Assembly: GCA_951406725.2 (NCBI GenBank) | Contig: OX597827.1 | Location: 18,848,001-18,912,000 of the forward strand | Source of the DNA: Octopus vulgaris | Lineage: Eukaryota | Length of the DNA stretch: 64,000 nt | Reading direction: 5' to 3' | Shown: one piece after another, positions 53,392-64,000 of the stretch | How positions within the stretch are numbered: the stretch's first letter is position 1 | Layout of the letters: each line of letters opens with the position of its first letter | Notes under the pieces: generated by a model | The model's input: the letters and a program-made list of their open reading frames with translations, nothing else | Database searches by the model: none | Told to the model about the DNA's origin: nothing | Position numbers and translations under genes: made by a program

Positions 53392-53637
53392 CTGAAACGG
53401 CAGATACACGTTCGGCTTTAAAGCTAGCCGCTGCCAAACATAATGTTTCATGTCCATCTTAAATATATTGTGTTTTCTGACACAGTGAGCCCATATTACA
53501 TTTCTCTCGGACGAAGACCGCGGAATTATACGGGCCAATAGCATACATACATATATACATCTATTTATATATATATATATATTTCTGAGTACCTCATTTC
53601 TTCTAATATAAAATACCTGTACACCATCTCCAATCAA

Positions 53638-53698
<61 letters not shown>

Positions 53699-53701
53699 AT
53701 A

Positions 53702-53749
<48 letters not shown>

Positions 53750-53871
53750 CATAAATATATATATATACATACGCACACATATATATATACACATATACAT
53801 GCATACAGACAGACAGACAGACAGACACACAAACACACACACATACACATATATGTATATATCCATTTGTG

Positions 53872-53907
<36 letters not shown>

Positions 53908-53911
<4 letters not shown>

Positions 53912-54093
53912 CCATGATAGATCGCTAGCCACAATTCATTCGTTATTTTCTCTCCCTTTTTCTTTCTGTTCCTTCCCGTGGAAGAGCGTAGGCTCAAAAT
54001 GTTTAAGATTTTTTCATTTCCTGAGCGTTAAACTAATACATCTGTTTGTTGTCTACACCACCTGTCTTCGTCTTTTGTTTTTCTGTGAATTCT

Positions 54094-54097
<4 letters not shown>
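53908..54097 (+). mobile_element. Solo pLTR-like element with decayed A6U hammerhead (53971-54007)
   Basis: Colinear with the reverse complement of 40405-40572; (TA)n on both sides. Confidence 0.7.
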
Positions 54098-54149
<52 letters not shown>

Positions 54150-54152
<3 letters not shown>

Positions 54153-54532
54153 AGGATAAGATCGTTAATTTAAAAATAAAATGATTTATCAAGTGGTCAG
54201 CATAGAAAAAATAACCTTCAAAGGTAATAATTATTAAAATTATAAATTAGGGTATCTACGGGATACCACCATGCTGAAAATAGAAGCCATGATCTGACTT
54301 TAAAACCACCTAAATTGTCCATATATTGACTTTAAAACCACCTAAATTGTCCATATACCGTCGAGGCAAAGCATTCATAAATGCAAAGTCAGAAATCCGG
54401 ATCTAGAATTATCCAGTAATTTTTTACTAGTTTCAGCTTGTCTCTTTGTTTTTTCTCCGTGTTGATATAAGGACAACTTAGGTGGTTTTAAAGTCAGATC
54501 ATGGCTTCTATTTTCAGCATGGTGGTATCTCG
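54150..54532. repeat. Element with ~67 bp inverted arms and internal 30 bp tandem duplication
   Basis: 54259-54325 / 54465-54532; tgactttaaaaccacctaaattgtccatata occurs twice. Confidence 0.7.
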
Positions 54533-54861
54533 TGCGTGCATGCGGGTATGTATATATTTTTTGATGAATGTGTGGGTGAGCATGTGTGTGTTTCAAGTGA
54601 GGGTGGATGAGTATATCCATATAGGCGTATGTACGTGGGTGTGCGGGCGCGCATGTGTATGTATGCACATGCGCGCTTACGCGATTACTATGAACATTTT
54701 TACTCCCTTACCTTTACTCCCTCCTCTTACTTAGCGGTCATTCTAATAGCTCTTTTGTCTTAATAACAGACAATCACACAGTGATTTCCCTTTAGAGCGC
54801 TTTAGCTTTTATTTCTAGCAATGTACGAGTTTCTTAACACCCTAGTCACATTTAGTGACAA

Positions 54862-54935
<74 letters not shown>

Positions 54936-54939
<4 letters not shown>

Positions 54940-55241
54940 CGCAATGACCCAGTGGTTAGGGCAGCGGACTCGCAGTCGTAGGGTCGCGGTATCGATTCCC
55001 AGACCGGACGTTGTGAGTGTTGATTGAGCGAAAACACCTAAAGCTCCACGAGGCTCCGGCAGGGGGGTGGGGTGGCGATCCCTGCTGTTCTCTTTCGCCA
55101 CAACTTTCACCCTATTCTTCTGTTGACCTGCTCGCTTAGCCAGCGGGGTGGTGTCATTTGAAGGCTAAATCAATGCGAAGCGCATTGTGACCAGCGATGT
55201 GTAGCAAAATCTGATAGCCTAGTCGGTCACGTGATCACGTG

Positions 55242-55243
<2 letters not shown>
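54936..55243 (+). mobile_element. SINE family C, full length
   Basis: gaggcgcaatgacccagtggttagggcagcggactcgc...ggtcacgtgatcacgtga. Confidence 0.9.
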
Positions 55244-55299
<56 letters not shown>

Positions 55300-55731
55300 C
55301 TATATATATATCATAGTTAAAATTGATTCAGTCGAAATTGAATAAGTATGTATGTATAAAAGTTTTCTCCCAACTGGAATCACGTCATTGGTCTTGTTTC
55401 GTTTTTGTTATTCTTTCATTTCTTTCCATGGACTATATAGTTGATTTATTCTAACGTGCCTTGCTTTTTTTTTTTTTTTACCGAATCGCTGGATATAAAC
55501 AAACAATTACCGGTTGTCTCCTGATGGTGGAGGCGCAAGCGCATGCACAAACGCACGCGAACGCACACACATAAATATATGTATATATATATTTTTAAAT
55601 TTTAACTTTAATTTTAATATTTTAAATTTTGAATTTTATATTTTATATATTTTTATTAATTAATTTTATTTATATGTATTGGTTTATGATTTTCACTGTT
55701 TGATTTGCCTAATAGTGGTTTTATCTCTAAA

Positions 55732-55773
<42 letters not shown>

Positions 55774-55797
55774 ATGGCTTCTATTTTCAGCACGGAC

Positions 55798-55847
55798 TTT
55801 GTCAGTGAACAAGTCGCGGATTTTAGCGACGAAAATATTTTGACAAA
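55798..55847 (+). ncRNA. Minimal hammerhead motif with G3:C8 core, in (TA)n-flanked element 55771-55984
   Basis: tttgtca GTGAACA a GTCGC ggatttta GCGAC GAAA ATAT TT tgacaaa. Confidence 0.72.
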
Positions 55848-55982
55848 TTAAACTTAAATGTTGAAGAGAATCGAACGGCTTTTGTGTGTTTCTTAAATGG
55901 CTTATAAACACCTTCCACGTTGCAATTGTTTTCGTTTCAGCACACGATCTCAGATCAAATTACTTGCTATGCGAGTACATCT

Positions 55983-56027
<45 letters not shown>

Positions 56028-56028
56028 T

Positions 56029-56083
<55 letters not shown>

Positions 56084-56311
56084 GCGACAGGTTTCTTGCA
56101 GTTTCAATGTACTGTTTGTACGCACGAGGTTCCGGTTGACCCGGGGCTATAGTAGAGGATACTTGTCCAAGAAGCCAGCAATGGCACTGAACCCGTGCCC
56201 ATGTACTTGGAAAGGAAACTTCTTATAAGTATGTATGTATGCTTATATATCTACCTATCTATTTATTTATCTAGCGAGCGAGCTAACTTTCTCTGTCTGT
56301 CTGTCTATCTC

Positions 56312-56383
<72 letters not shown>

Positions 56384-56385
<2 letters not shown>

Positions 56386-56592
56386 CGTAAACACACTAAC
56401 AGCAGTTGTCAAGCGGTGATGGTGGACAAACACACACATAGATATATATACATATATATATATACGACGGGATTCTTTCAGTTTCCGTCTACCAAATCCA
56501 CTTACTAAGCTTTGGTCCGCCCGAGGTTATAGTAGTAAACACCCAAGGTGCCACGCAGTGAAACTGAACCCGGAACCATGTGGTTGGGAAGT
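56384..56592 (-). mobile_element. SINE family A fragment
   Basis: Family blocks; another head fragment at 56080-56225. Confidence 0.8.
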
Positions 56593-56774
56593 AATTTAAA
56601 TTTTTTTATCAACTCCGATAGATTCTGACATAATTCGTTTTAATCCTTGAACTCGAAGTAGATAGAGCTATAAATAATAGCTTGTAGAATATTGTGTTAA
56701 AATAGCCTTGGATAGAAAAGAAGTCGATTTCCACCGTTAAATCGATTCATTTCATATTGTGTGTGTGTGTTTGT

Positions 56775-56816
<42 letters not shown>

Positions 56817-57080
56817 GTATACTTGCCTGTGACTGAGTTTTTATGAGTGCGTTTGAGTTTCCGATTCTATAAAAACTAGTATCAGTTCAAAAATCGGAAC
56901 CGGTTTCATGCTATAGAAAAAAAAAACATCTGACTTAAATAAAGTTATCGATGAATCTAGATCGATCGAATAAATAATCAGCAGATTTAAATATGTACTA
57001 AGGTCAATGTGATCAACTGAATATATAAACACCAACGCCCCAACATGGCCGCATTCCAGTGACTAAAACGAGTAAAAGAA

Positions 57081-57128
<48 letters not shown>

Positions 57129-57391
57129 TTGCATGAGAGATAAAGAACAGGGAGTGACGGGGAGAGTGAGTGAGAGAATTAGCGAGAGAGAGAGAGAGAG
57201 AAAGTGTGTGTGTGTGTGTGTTAGGAGGGGAGAGTCAAAGGGAGAGAAAGAGAGGAAGATAAGCAGGCTTGTAGATTCCTCCAATTTGCAAGTTATGAAA
57301 TTATAAAATTATGTCATAAAATATACGATCTCACTTGAATTATGAGTTTTGTGGCGCCAAAAGTAATAAATAGATACAAACAAAATAACGA

Positions 57392-57441
<50 letters not shown>

Positions 57442-57637
57442 AAAAGAAAAGTATAAATAAATGAACAAAAAAAAATTACATATCGAAGCAAAGAAGCAGA
57501 GCAAACATACAAACAAAACAAAATGAATAAAATAAAGAAAAATTAAGAGGCTGCGGAGATATTTTATTTTTAATTTGGGAAAATGTATTTGGCGCCATAC
57601 GACTTTATGAAGACAAACTGTGTCGTTGAAGGCTTAC

Positions 57638-57681
57638 TGTCGCCATATTGTATCCGAGTGATATACCGGGATTAATGTTGC
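57638..57681 (-). CDS. Candidate exon C (44 nt)
   Basis: tttctcacttctcacttag| acceptor, |gtaagc donor; phase 1 to 0 frame NINPGISLGYNMAT. Confidence 0.45.
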
Positions 57682-57795
57682 CTAAGTGAGAAGTGAGAAA
57701 CACCCAAATTTGTTAATAAACAGCAGTGACTAGTGACGGCTGAGAGATTCGTTTTGTCTACCACATACGCACACAGCGTTTGCTTAACAAATGTG

Positions 57796-57843
<48 letters not shown>

Positions 57844-58031
57844 TGTGTGTGTGTGTATAATTTGAAGCTTAAATTACATAATTTAAAAATGAGATTTGGG
57901 ATCTACTCCATATCCTTGTACTGAGTTCTTTTATATCTCTGGACTATTTACAGCGCTGCGTATCTATTTCTCATACATACATACTTACAAACACACATAC
58001 ATATGTAAATATATATGTATATATATATGTA

Positions 58032-58105
<74 letters not shown>

Positions 58106-58112
58106 TATATAC

Positions 58113-58178
<66 letters not shown>

Positions 58179-58382
58179 GTACATATATATATATACATAT
58201 ATATATATACACATATATATATATATACACACACATATATATGCAAATGCTTATGCATATATATGTGTGTATGTGTATACGCTTGCTTTATGTATGTATG
58301 TCTGTATATACACACATATATATATATATATACATACGTCTGTGTATTATATATATATATATATATATATAGATAGATAGAT

Positions 58383-58416
<34 letters not shown>

Positions 58417-58437
58417 GTAGATAGATAGATAGATAGG

Positions 58438-58505
<68 letters not shown>

Positions 58506-58894
58506 CAGACAGATAAATAGATAGATAGATATAGATATATGCATACATACATACATGCATGTGCATGTATATACACGAATATGCAAGTATACGTGAGTGT
58601 GTACGTATGCATATATCATATTTTTCACTAATACTAACAAATTCAGTAAGAATGTTGCTACTAAGTTAACTAACTATGATAAATATCCTTTTATGACTAA
58701 CTTGGCGCCGTAACTAAATACGTAAGTGTCAAAGAACCGGCTGTGTCGTCGACACATATGCAGGTCACGCTCGATAAATGGGAAAATTTAAGCAGTTGAT
58801 AGTCCAGGCTTGCTAGGTCAGTGAAAACATAGGTTTGGTCAATCACGGTTTATAATTATACTGCTAATTCTAATATTAACACAAACACCATTAC

Positions 58895-58972
58895 GAACAA
58901 ACCGGAACAATGTGTTTTCCCACGGTGATGGGTTATTCCTATGTTCTAAGACAGCTAGATGGAGATGACCAT
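58895..58972 (-). CDS. Candidate exon B
   Basis: atttttttaacag| acceptor; only phase-1 frame open (GHLHLAVLEHRNNPSPWENTLFRFV); donor uncertain (gtaatg at 58894 or gtttgt at 58902). Confidence 0.35.
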
Positions 58973-59129
58973 CTGTTAAAAAAATCTGAAATTTGCAATC
59001 AACAAGCAAAGAAGATTTTGAACATCTCTAGAGGGAGTTTTTCTCTATTAACTGCTCAGGTAATGCCGGTTAATCTAATTTTTTATATCACATAAGCATG
59101 ACACTACCATATTTCTGTATAGAATGCAG

Positions 59130-59245
59130 GCCGTATGGGAAGAAGCTGGCTTCCCAACCACATGGTTCCGGGTTCAGTCCCACTATGTGACATAGGGTAA
59201 GTGTCTTGTGAGTGGATTTGGTAGGTGGAAACTGAAAGAAGCCCG

Positions 59246-59326
<81 letters not shown>

Positions 59327-59490
59327 CTTGTCCCTCCACCATCGCTTGACAACCGATGTTGGTGTGTTTACGTTCTCAAAGCATAGCGGTTCGGCAAAAA
59401 AGACCGATAGAATAAGTACTAGGGTCGATTTCTTCGACTAAAGGCGGAGCTCCAGAATGGCAACAGGCAAATGACTGAAACAAAGAATAT
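59130..59490 (+). mobile_element. SINE family A with internal deletions
   Basis: Family blocks. Confidence 0.85.
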
Positions 59491-59524
59491 GTATTTTCCC
59501 TTCGAAAATTATTGCTATTCATAA

Positions 59525-59846
59525 TAAAAAAAAAGAAAAGAGCACTCCGTCAGTTACGACGACGAGTGTCCCAGCTGATACGATCAACAGAACGGCTTGC
59601 TCGTGAAATTAACGTGCAAGTGGCTGAGCACTCCACAAACACGTTTACCATTAACGTAGTTCTTAGGGAGATTCAGCGTGACACAGGGTGTGACAAAGCT
59701 GGCCCTTTGGAATGCATGTACTACACATGTTAGCCAGCTGAGTGAACTGGAGCAACGTGAAATAAAGTGTCTTGCTCAAGGACAGAACGCGTCGCCGGGA
59801 ATTGAACTCACGACCTTACAATCGCGAGCCGAATGCCCTAACCACT
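59525..59846 (-). mobile_element. tRNA-derived SINE family E
   Basis: Minus strand tagtggttagggcattcggctcgcga...gagttcaattccc...ccttgagcaagacacttt; tail fragment also at 21376-21442. Confidence 0.8.
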
Positions 59847-60229
59847 ATATATATGTATGTATATATATATATATATATATACATGTGTCAGTATGTATGT
59901 GTGTGTGTGTATGTTTATGTCTTATTTTTACATGTTTCAGTCATTAGGCCGCGGCCATACTGGGGCACCGCCTTCAAAATTTTTTACTCGACCGAATTGA
60001 CACTAGTATGTTTTTGTACGCCTGGTACTTATTCTATCGGTATATATTGAACGGCGAAGTTATGGGAACTTAAACAGACCAACACCGGTTGACAAGCGGG
60101 GTAGAGGTGGGGGAAGCACACACACACATACATATATGTGTGCATGTGTGTGTGTGTGTTTGAATGTGTGAGTGTATGTTTCTTTCAATTTCACACACAC
60201 GCACATACATACATACATACATACATACA

Positions 60230-60314
<85 letters not shown>

Positions 60315-60575
60315 GCAGAGTAGATGAAACCATGGCGACTAAAGAAGGGGAATTTTCCTTGTGTTATTTGTCCTGTACTCTATTTTTTCGTTGTTTAAGA
60401 AAAATGTCCAGTTCCTTGGTTTTGTGTTTATGTTTTCGTTTCTCATTGTGTTCGTCGTTTTTTGGGTGTCCTGTACCCATATATGCATGTATATATACAT
60501 GTAGAGGTAGGTACGTACGTATATGTATGTATATATGCATATGTTTTATTTATTAATTTATCATATACATATATA

Positions 60576-60705
60576 CAGGGTGTCCCAAAAAATGTATACA
60601 GATAGTGGTTCGGCAAAAGAGAACGATAGAATAAGTACTAGGCTTACAAAGAATAACAAATTTACAATTATTTAACGTGTGTATACATTTTTTTGGGACA
60701 CCCTG
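60576..60705. mobile_element. Mariner-type MITE carrying a SINE A fragment
   Basis: TIR cagggtgtcccaaaaaatgtataca / tgtatacatttttttgggacaccctg, TA TSD. Confidence 0.88.
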
Positions 60706-60830
60706 TATATATATATATATAATCCATAATCATTTGTCCGACAAAATATATCCTGTTTCGCCTATGACTCATCCGGATGAGTCATGTATTTTGCGAAGTT
60801 AGCAATTTGGGGTTAAATATTTTTACTCAC

Positions 60831-60899
60831 TCTCAGACTTATCTTTGAGTACATAATTCCAAGCGACCGAACATGGCTTCTTTCTGCATTTGACATTCC
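60831..60899 (-). CDS. Candidate exon A (69 nt)
   Basis: ttatatttccag| acceptor and |gtgagt donor; phase 1 frame [22 protein letters not shown] (phase 0 also open). Confidence 0.5.
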
Positions 60900-60907
60900 C
60901 TGGAAAT

Positions 60908-61003
<96 letters not shown>

Positions 61004-61047
61004 TTCAATACATGTGTATATTTGGGGAAACCACTAGGTGGATAACC

Positions 61048-61120
<73 letters not shown>

Positions 61121-61182
61121 CATATATATGAAAAAACAAGTCAAAAATAGAAAATGCTAAGATAATTTTATAGTGAATCTTT

Positions 61183-61220
61183 CAGTACCAGTTTCGGTCA
61201 TTTTGAGACCTTTTCAACTG
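61183..61220 (-). ncRNA. Minimal hammerhead motif with U3:A8 core
   Basis: cag TTGAAAA GGTC tcaaaat GACC GAAA C tg GTA ctg. Confidence 0.75.
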
Positions 61221-61895
61221 TAACGATTAAATAATTAAATTTAGAAAAATTAGAAGAAAAGTTTTTTTAAAAGAATATTTCTGTAGTAGTGTTCAGATAT
61301 AAGTAGCATTCTGCCTTTCTCTGACTCCCTTGTTTGCACTTGTGTGTTCGAGGTCGTTTTGAGTTCTTGGTAGGATAGGTGAAGAATAAGGAGGCTGATG
61401 TGGAGAGGGGGTGGGGAAATCTGGGAATGCCTTAATGGTCGTATTTTGAATGGTCAGTGGCTGACAGTAGTCGCAGTTCAATTCAGGAATTGTTGATGGA
61501 ATTTGCGTAGGCGTTATACTGAAAGACATTAGTGACAAGGTTAAGGGGTGGAAGGTGGAGAAGTAGAAGAAGAAGAAGATGACGATGTTGATGATGATGA
61601 TGATGAAGAAGAAGAAGAAGAAGAAGAAGAAGAAGAAGAAGAAGAAGAAGAAGAAGAAGAAGAAGAAGAAGGAGAAGGAGAAGATGGTGGTGATGATGGT
61701 GGTGATGATGATGACAACGATGATGATGATAATGATGATGATGAATAAGAAGAGGAAGAAGAAGAAGAAAAAAACAGAGAAGGGAGAATATGAATGGGTG
61801 TAAGTATAGCTGTGATGGGGCTGATTAGTAATGGATTCTATGGAGTGTAATATTTGTGTGTGTATATATTTCTTTTATTCTAAAGTTGAGGTATA

Positions 61896-62780
61896 TTAAT
61901 TGTTTGTCGTAGACCCGTTAAGAAGTGGCTTGTATTTTGTAATAAAGAGATTTTCTTTACTTATTCGTTGTCTCGAGGTTGTATCGTCCCTAAATTGGTA
62001 GAGGGGGAAAATTCTGAAGTTTGGTGTTTTTTTGTTGGCGCAAGTATCTATGTGTTGGCTAAAAGCTATTTTTCTGTTTTGGGGAATTTTTATCTGGGAT
62101 CTGTGCAGGGCCATTCGTTTACGCAAACCATTTTTTGTTTGGCCTATGTACTGCTCTTGACACCCGGAGCAGGTTAGTGAGTATATTAGGTTCTCCGAAG
62201 CACATGTGAAGTTGCTTTTCACTGTAAACCGTTGTCCCTGTTTGAAGGAGAACTCTGATCCCTCAATTAGATAGTCGCATATCCCGCAATTGGGTCTTCC
62301 ACATTTTTTTACTGTCGGCTTCTGTGTTGAAGAGTGAATTCGGGCTTGTGTTAGGAGACTTTTCATGGATCTAGGCTGTCTTTTGCTTTTTATGATCGTG
62401 TGTGTTTGGAGGATTGTGTTCATTCTGTGGTCTTTTTTTAGGAGGGGTATGTTGTGGAGGATGGTGTCGAAGGCTTCGTTATTGAGAGGGTTGTGTGTGG
62501 AGATGTATGGTAAGGCTTTTGGTTGTAAGTTTTTCTTTGATTTGGGATGTCTCAGTTCCTTGATGTTAAGTTGAATGCACTTGTCAATAAGTGAAGGTGG
62601 ATAGTTCCTGGTGATAAGGGTATCTTTTAGTTCTTGTAGTCGTGTGTCTCTGGTGTTTGCGTTAGAGACTATAGTGCATATCCTTTTTGCTAGATTGAAG
62701 GGGATATTCATCCTGGTGTGTCTGGGGTGGCATGAATTGAATGGAAGATATTGCTTAGAGTCTGTAGGTTTATAGTATAT
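61896..62780 (-). CDS. Penelope-like polyprotein C-terminal part (RT thumb, Cys linker, GIY-YIG endonuclease), uninterrupted but 5'-truncated
   Basis: YYKPTDSKQYLPFNSCHPRH...KCGRPNCGICDYL...NLIYSLTCSGCQEQYIGQTK...RMALHR...ENLFITKYKPLLN. Confidence 0.92.
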   Translation of the reverse strand: MYYKPTDSKQYLPFNSCHPRHTRMNIPFNLAKRICTIVSNANTRDTRLQELKDTLITRNYPPSLIDKCIQLNIKELRHPKSKKNLQPKALPYISTHNPLNNEAFDTILHNIPLLKKDHRMNTILQTHTIIKSKRQPRSMKSLLTQARIHSSTQKPTVKKCGRPNCGICDYLIEGSEFSFKQGQRFTVKSNFTCASENLIYSLTCSGCQEQYIGQTKNGLRKRMALHRSQIKIPQNRKIAFSQHIDTCANKKTPNFRIFPLYQFRDDTTSRQRISKENLFITKYKPLLNGSTTNN

Positions 62781-62798
62781 ATACATATATATATATAC

Positions 62799-62884
<86 letters not shown>

Positions 62885-63285
62885 TTACTCTCTTACTCTT
62901 ACTCTTACTCTTGTTTCAGTCATTTGACTGCGGCCATGCTGGTGCACCGCCTTTAGTCGAGGAAATCGACCCTCAGGACTTATTCTTTGTAAGCCTAGTA
63001 CTTATTCTATCGGTCTCTTTTGCCGGGGACGTAAACACACCAGCATCGGTTGTCAAGCGATGTTGGGGGGACAAACACAGACACACAAACACACACACAT
63101 ATATATATATATACATATATACGACGGGCTTCTTTCAGTTTCCGTCTACCAAATCCACTCACAAGACTTTGGTCGGCCCGAGGCTATAGTAGAAGACACT
63201 TGCCCAAGGTGCCACGCGGTGGGACTGAACCCGGAACCATGTGGCTGGTAAACAAGCTACTCACCACATAGCCACTCCTACGCCT
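62885..63285 (-). mobile_element. SINE family A, full length
   Basis: Family blocks ending cacatagccactcctacgcct. Confidence 0.92.
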
Positions 63286-63304
63286 ATATATGTATATGTA
63301 TATG

Positions 63305-63397
<93 letters not shown>

Positions 63398-63690
63398 GAA
63401 GAGAGAGAGAGAGACAATTGAAGGAGATGGTGTCAACAAAAAGTACAGTTGGACATTTCTATCTAATCACTACAATTATTTCCACGTACTCAACTACGTT
63501 CTCAATAAAATATAACCTAACTGTGTATGTGTGCACGCGCGTGATTGTGTGCGTGTGCGCGCGTGTTTGTGTGTGTGTGTATGTACACACATACACACAC
63601 GCGCACACTTATTACTATGGGCAAATATATAAATGTTATGAGAATTGCTTATCTACAATTTATTAGCACGTTTATGTTTCATCCTAACAG

Positions 63691-63771
63691 TCTTCAGCAG
63701 AACAACGTCGTCATCTTCTCGATATATTTATTGATTACTGTATTCTTCCACCAGCCTATAACTATCCAACT
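63691..63771 (+). CDS. Candidate plus-strand exon (81 nt)
   Basis: tttatgtttcatcctaacag| acceptor, |gtgcgt donor; SSAEQRRHLLDIFIDYCILPPAYNYPT. Confidence 0.3.
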
Positions 63772-63779
63772 GTGCGTGC

Positions 63780-63825
<46 letters not shown>

Positions 63826-64000
63826 CGATCACTCTTATGAATGCCAAATGTGTAGAATGTTTCGTGAAGGAATGTTAAAAAGTCTGAAATACGTCTCATT
63901 ACTTTTACCAATTGGTCGGAAAGACCAAATCCGTTGTAATAGTAGAGAAAACTTGTATAAGATCCCGTGCACTGGGACAGAACTCAAAACCACACGGTTG

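Larger units (their letters stand above)
61130..62780 (-). mobile_element. 5'-truncated Penelope-like retroelement (Neptune-type)
   Basis: RT thumb + GIY-YIG ORF followed by ~770 nt 3' UTR containing trinucleotide repeats and a hammerhead; (TA)n at both ends. Confidence 0.92.

Noticed and set aside
60752-60786. 22 bp palindrome atgactcatccggatgagtcat with CGGATGA-GTC-GGC-GAAAC on minus
   Set aside because: No UH site or helix I; could be a tiny fold-back remnant but unsupported
61548-61803. Poly-E/D acidic ORF
   Set aside because: (GAA)n/(GAT)n repeats inside the Penelope 3' UTR

Overview
AT-rich, microsatellite-saturated animal DNA. The SINE repertoire and repeat style point to an octopus/cephalopod genome (inference, not proven). 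Almost all ORFs in the supplied track are artefacts of (TA)n, (CA)n, (CATA)n, (GATA)n, (CTTT)n and (ATC/ATT)n repeats. Identifiable content: about 35 copies or fragments of five tRNA-derived SINE families, two decayed Tc1/mariner transposons, several MITEs, non-autonomous Helitrons/Helentron, fragments of R4/Dong-like, HERO-like, RTE and CR1/L2 LINEs, and two Penelope-like (GIY-YIG) retroelement 3' ends. A set of small, phase-compatible candidate exons may form an unrecognised minus-strand gene. The most striking hidden signal is a cluster of about 15 hammerhead-ribozyme (HHR) motifs, invisible to ORF annotation. One is a non-circularly permuted, pseudoknotted HHR in the 3' UTR of a HERO-like LINE (14.2-14.3 kb). 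The others are minimal Penelope-type HHRs whose cores show three Watson-Crick versions of the 3:8 pair (C3:G8, U3:A8, G3:C8) plus recurrent U4C and A6U variants, often as inverted twin copies in long palindromes inserted into (TA)n tracts. All folds were made by eye, activity is untested, and repeat boundaries are approximate.
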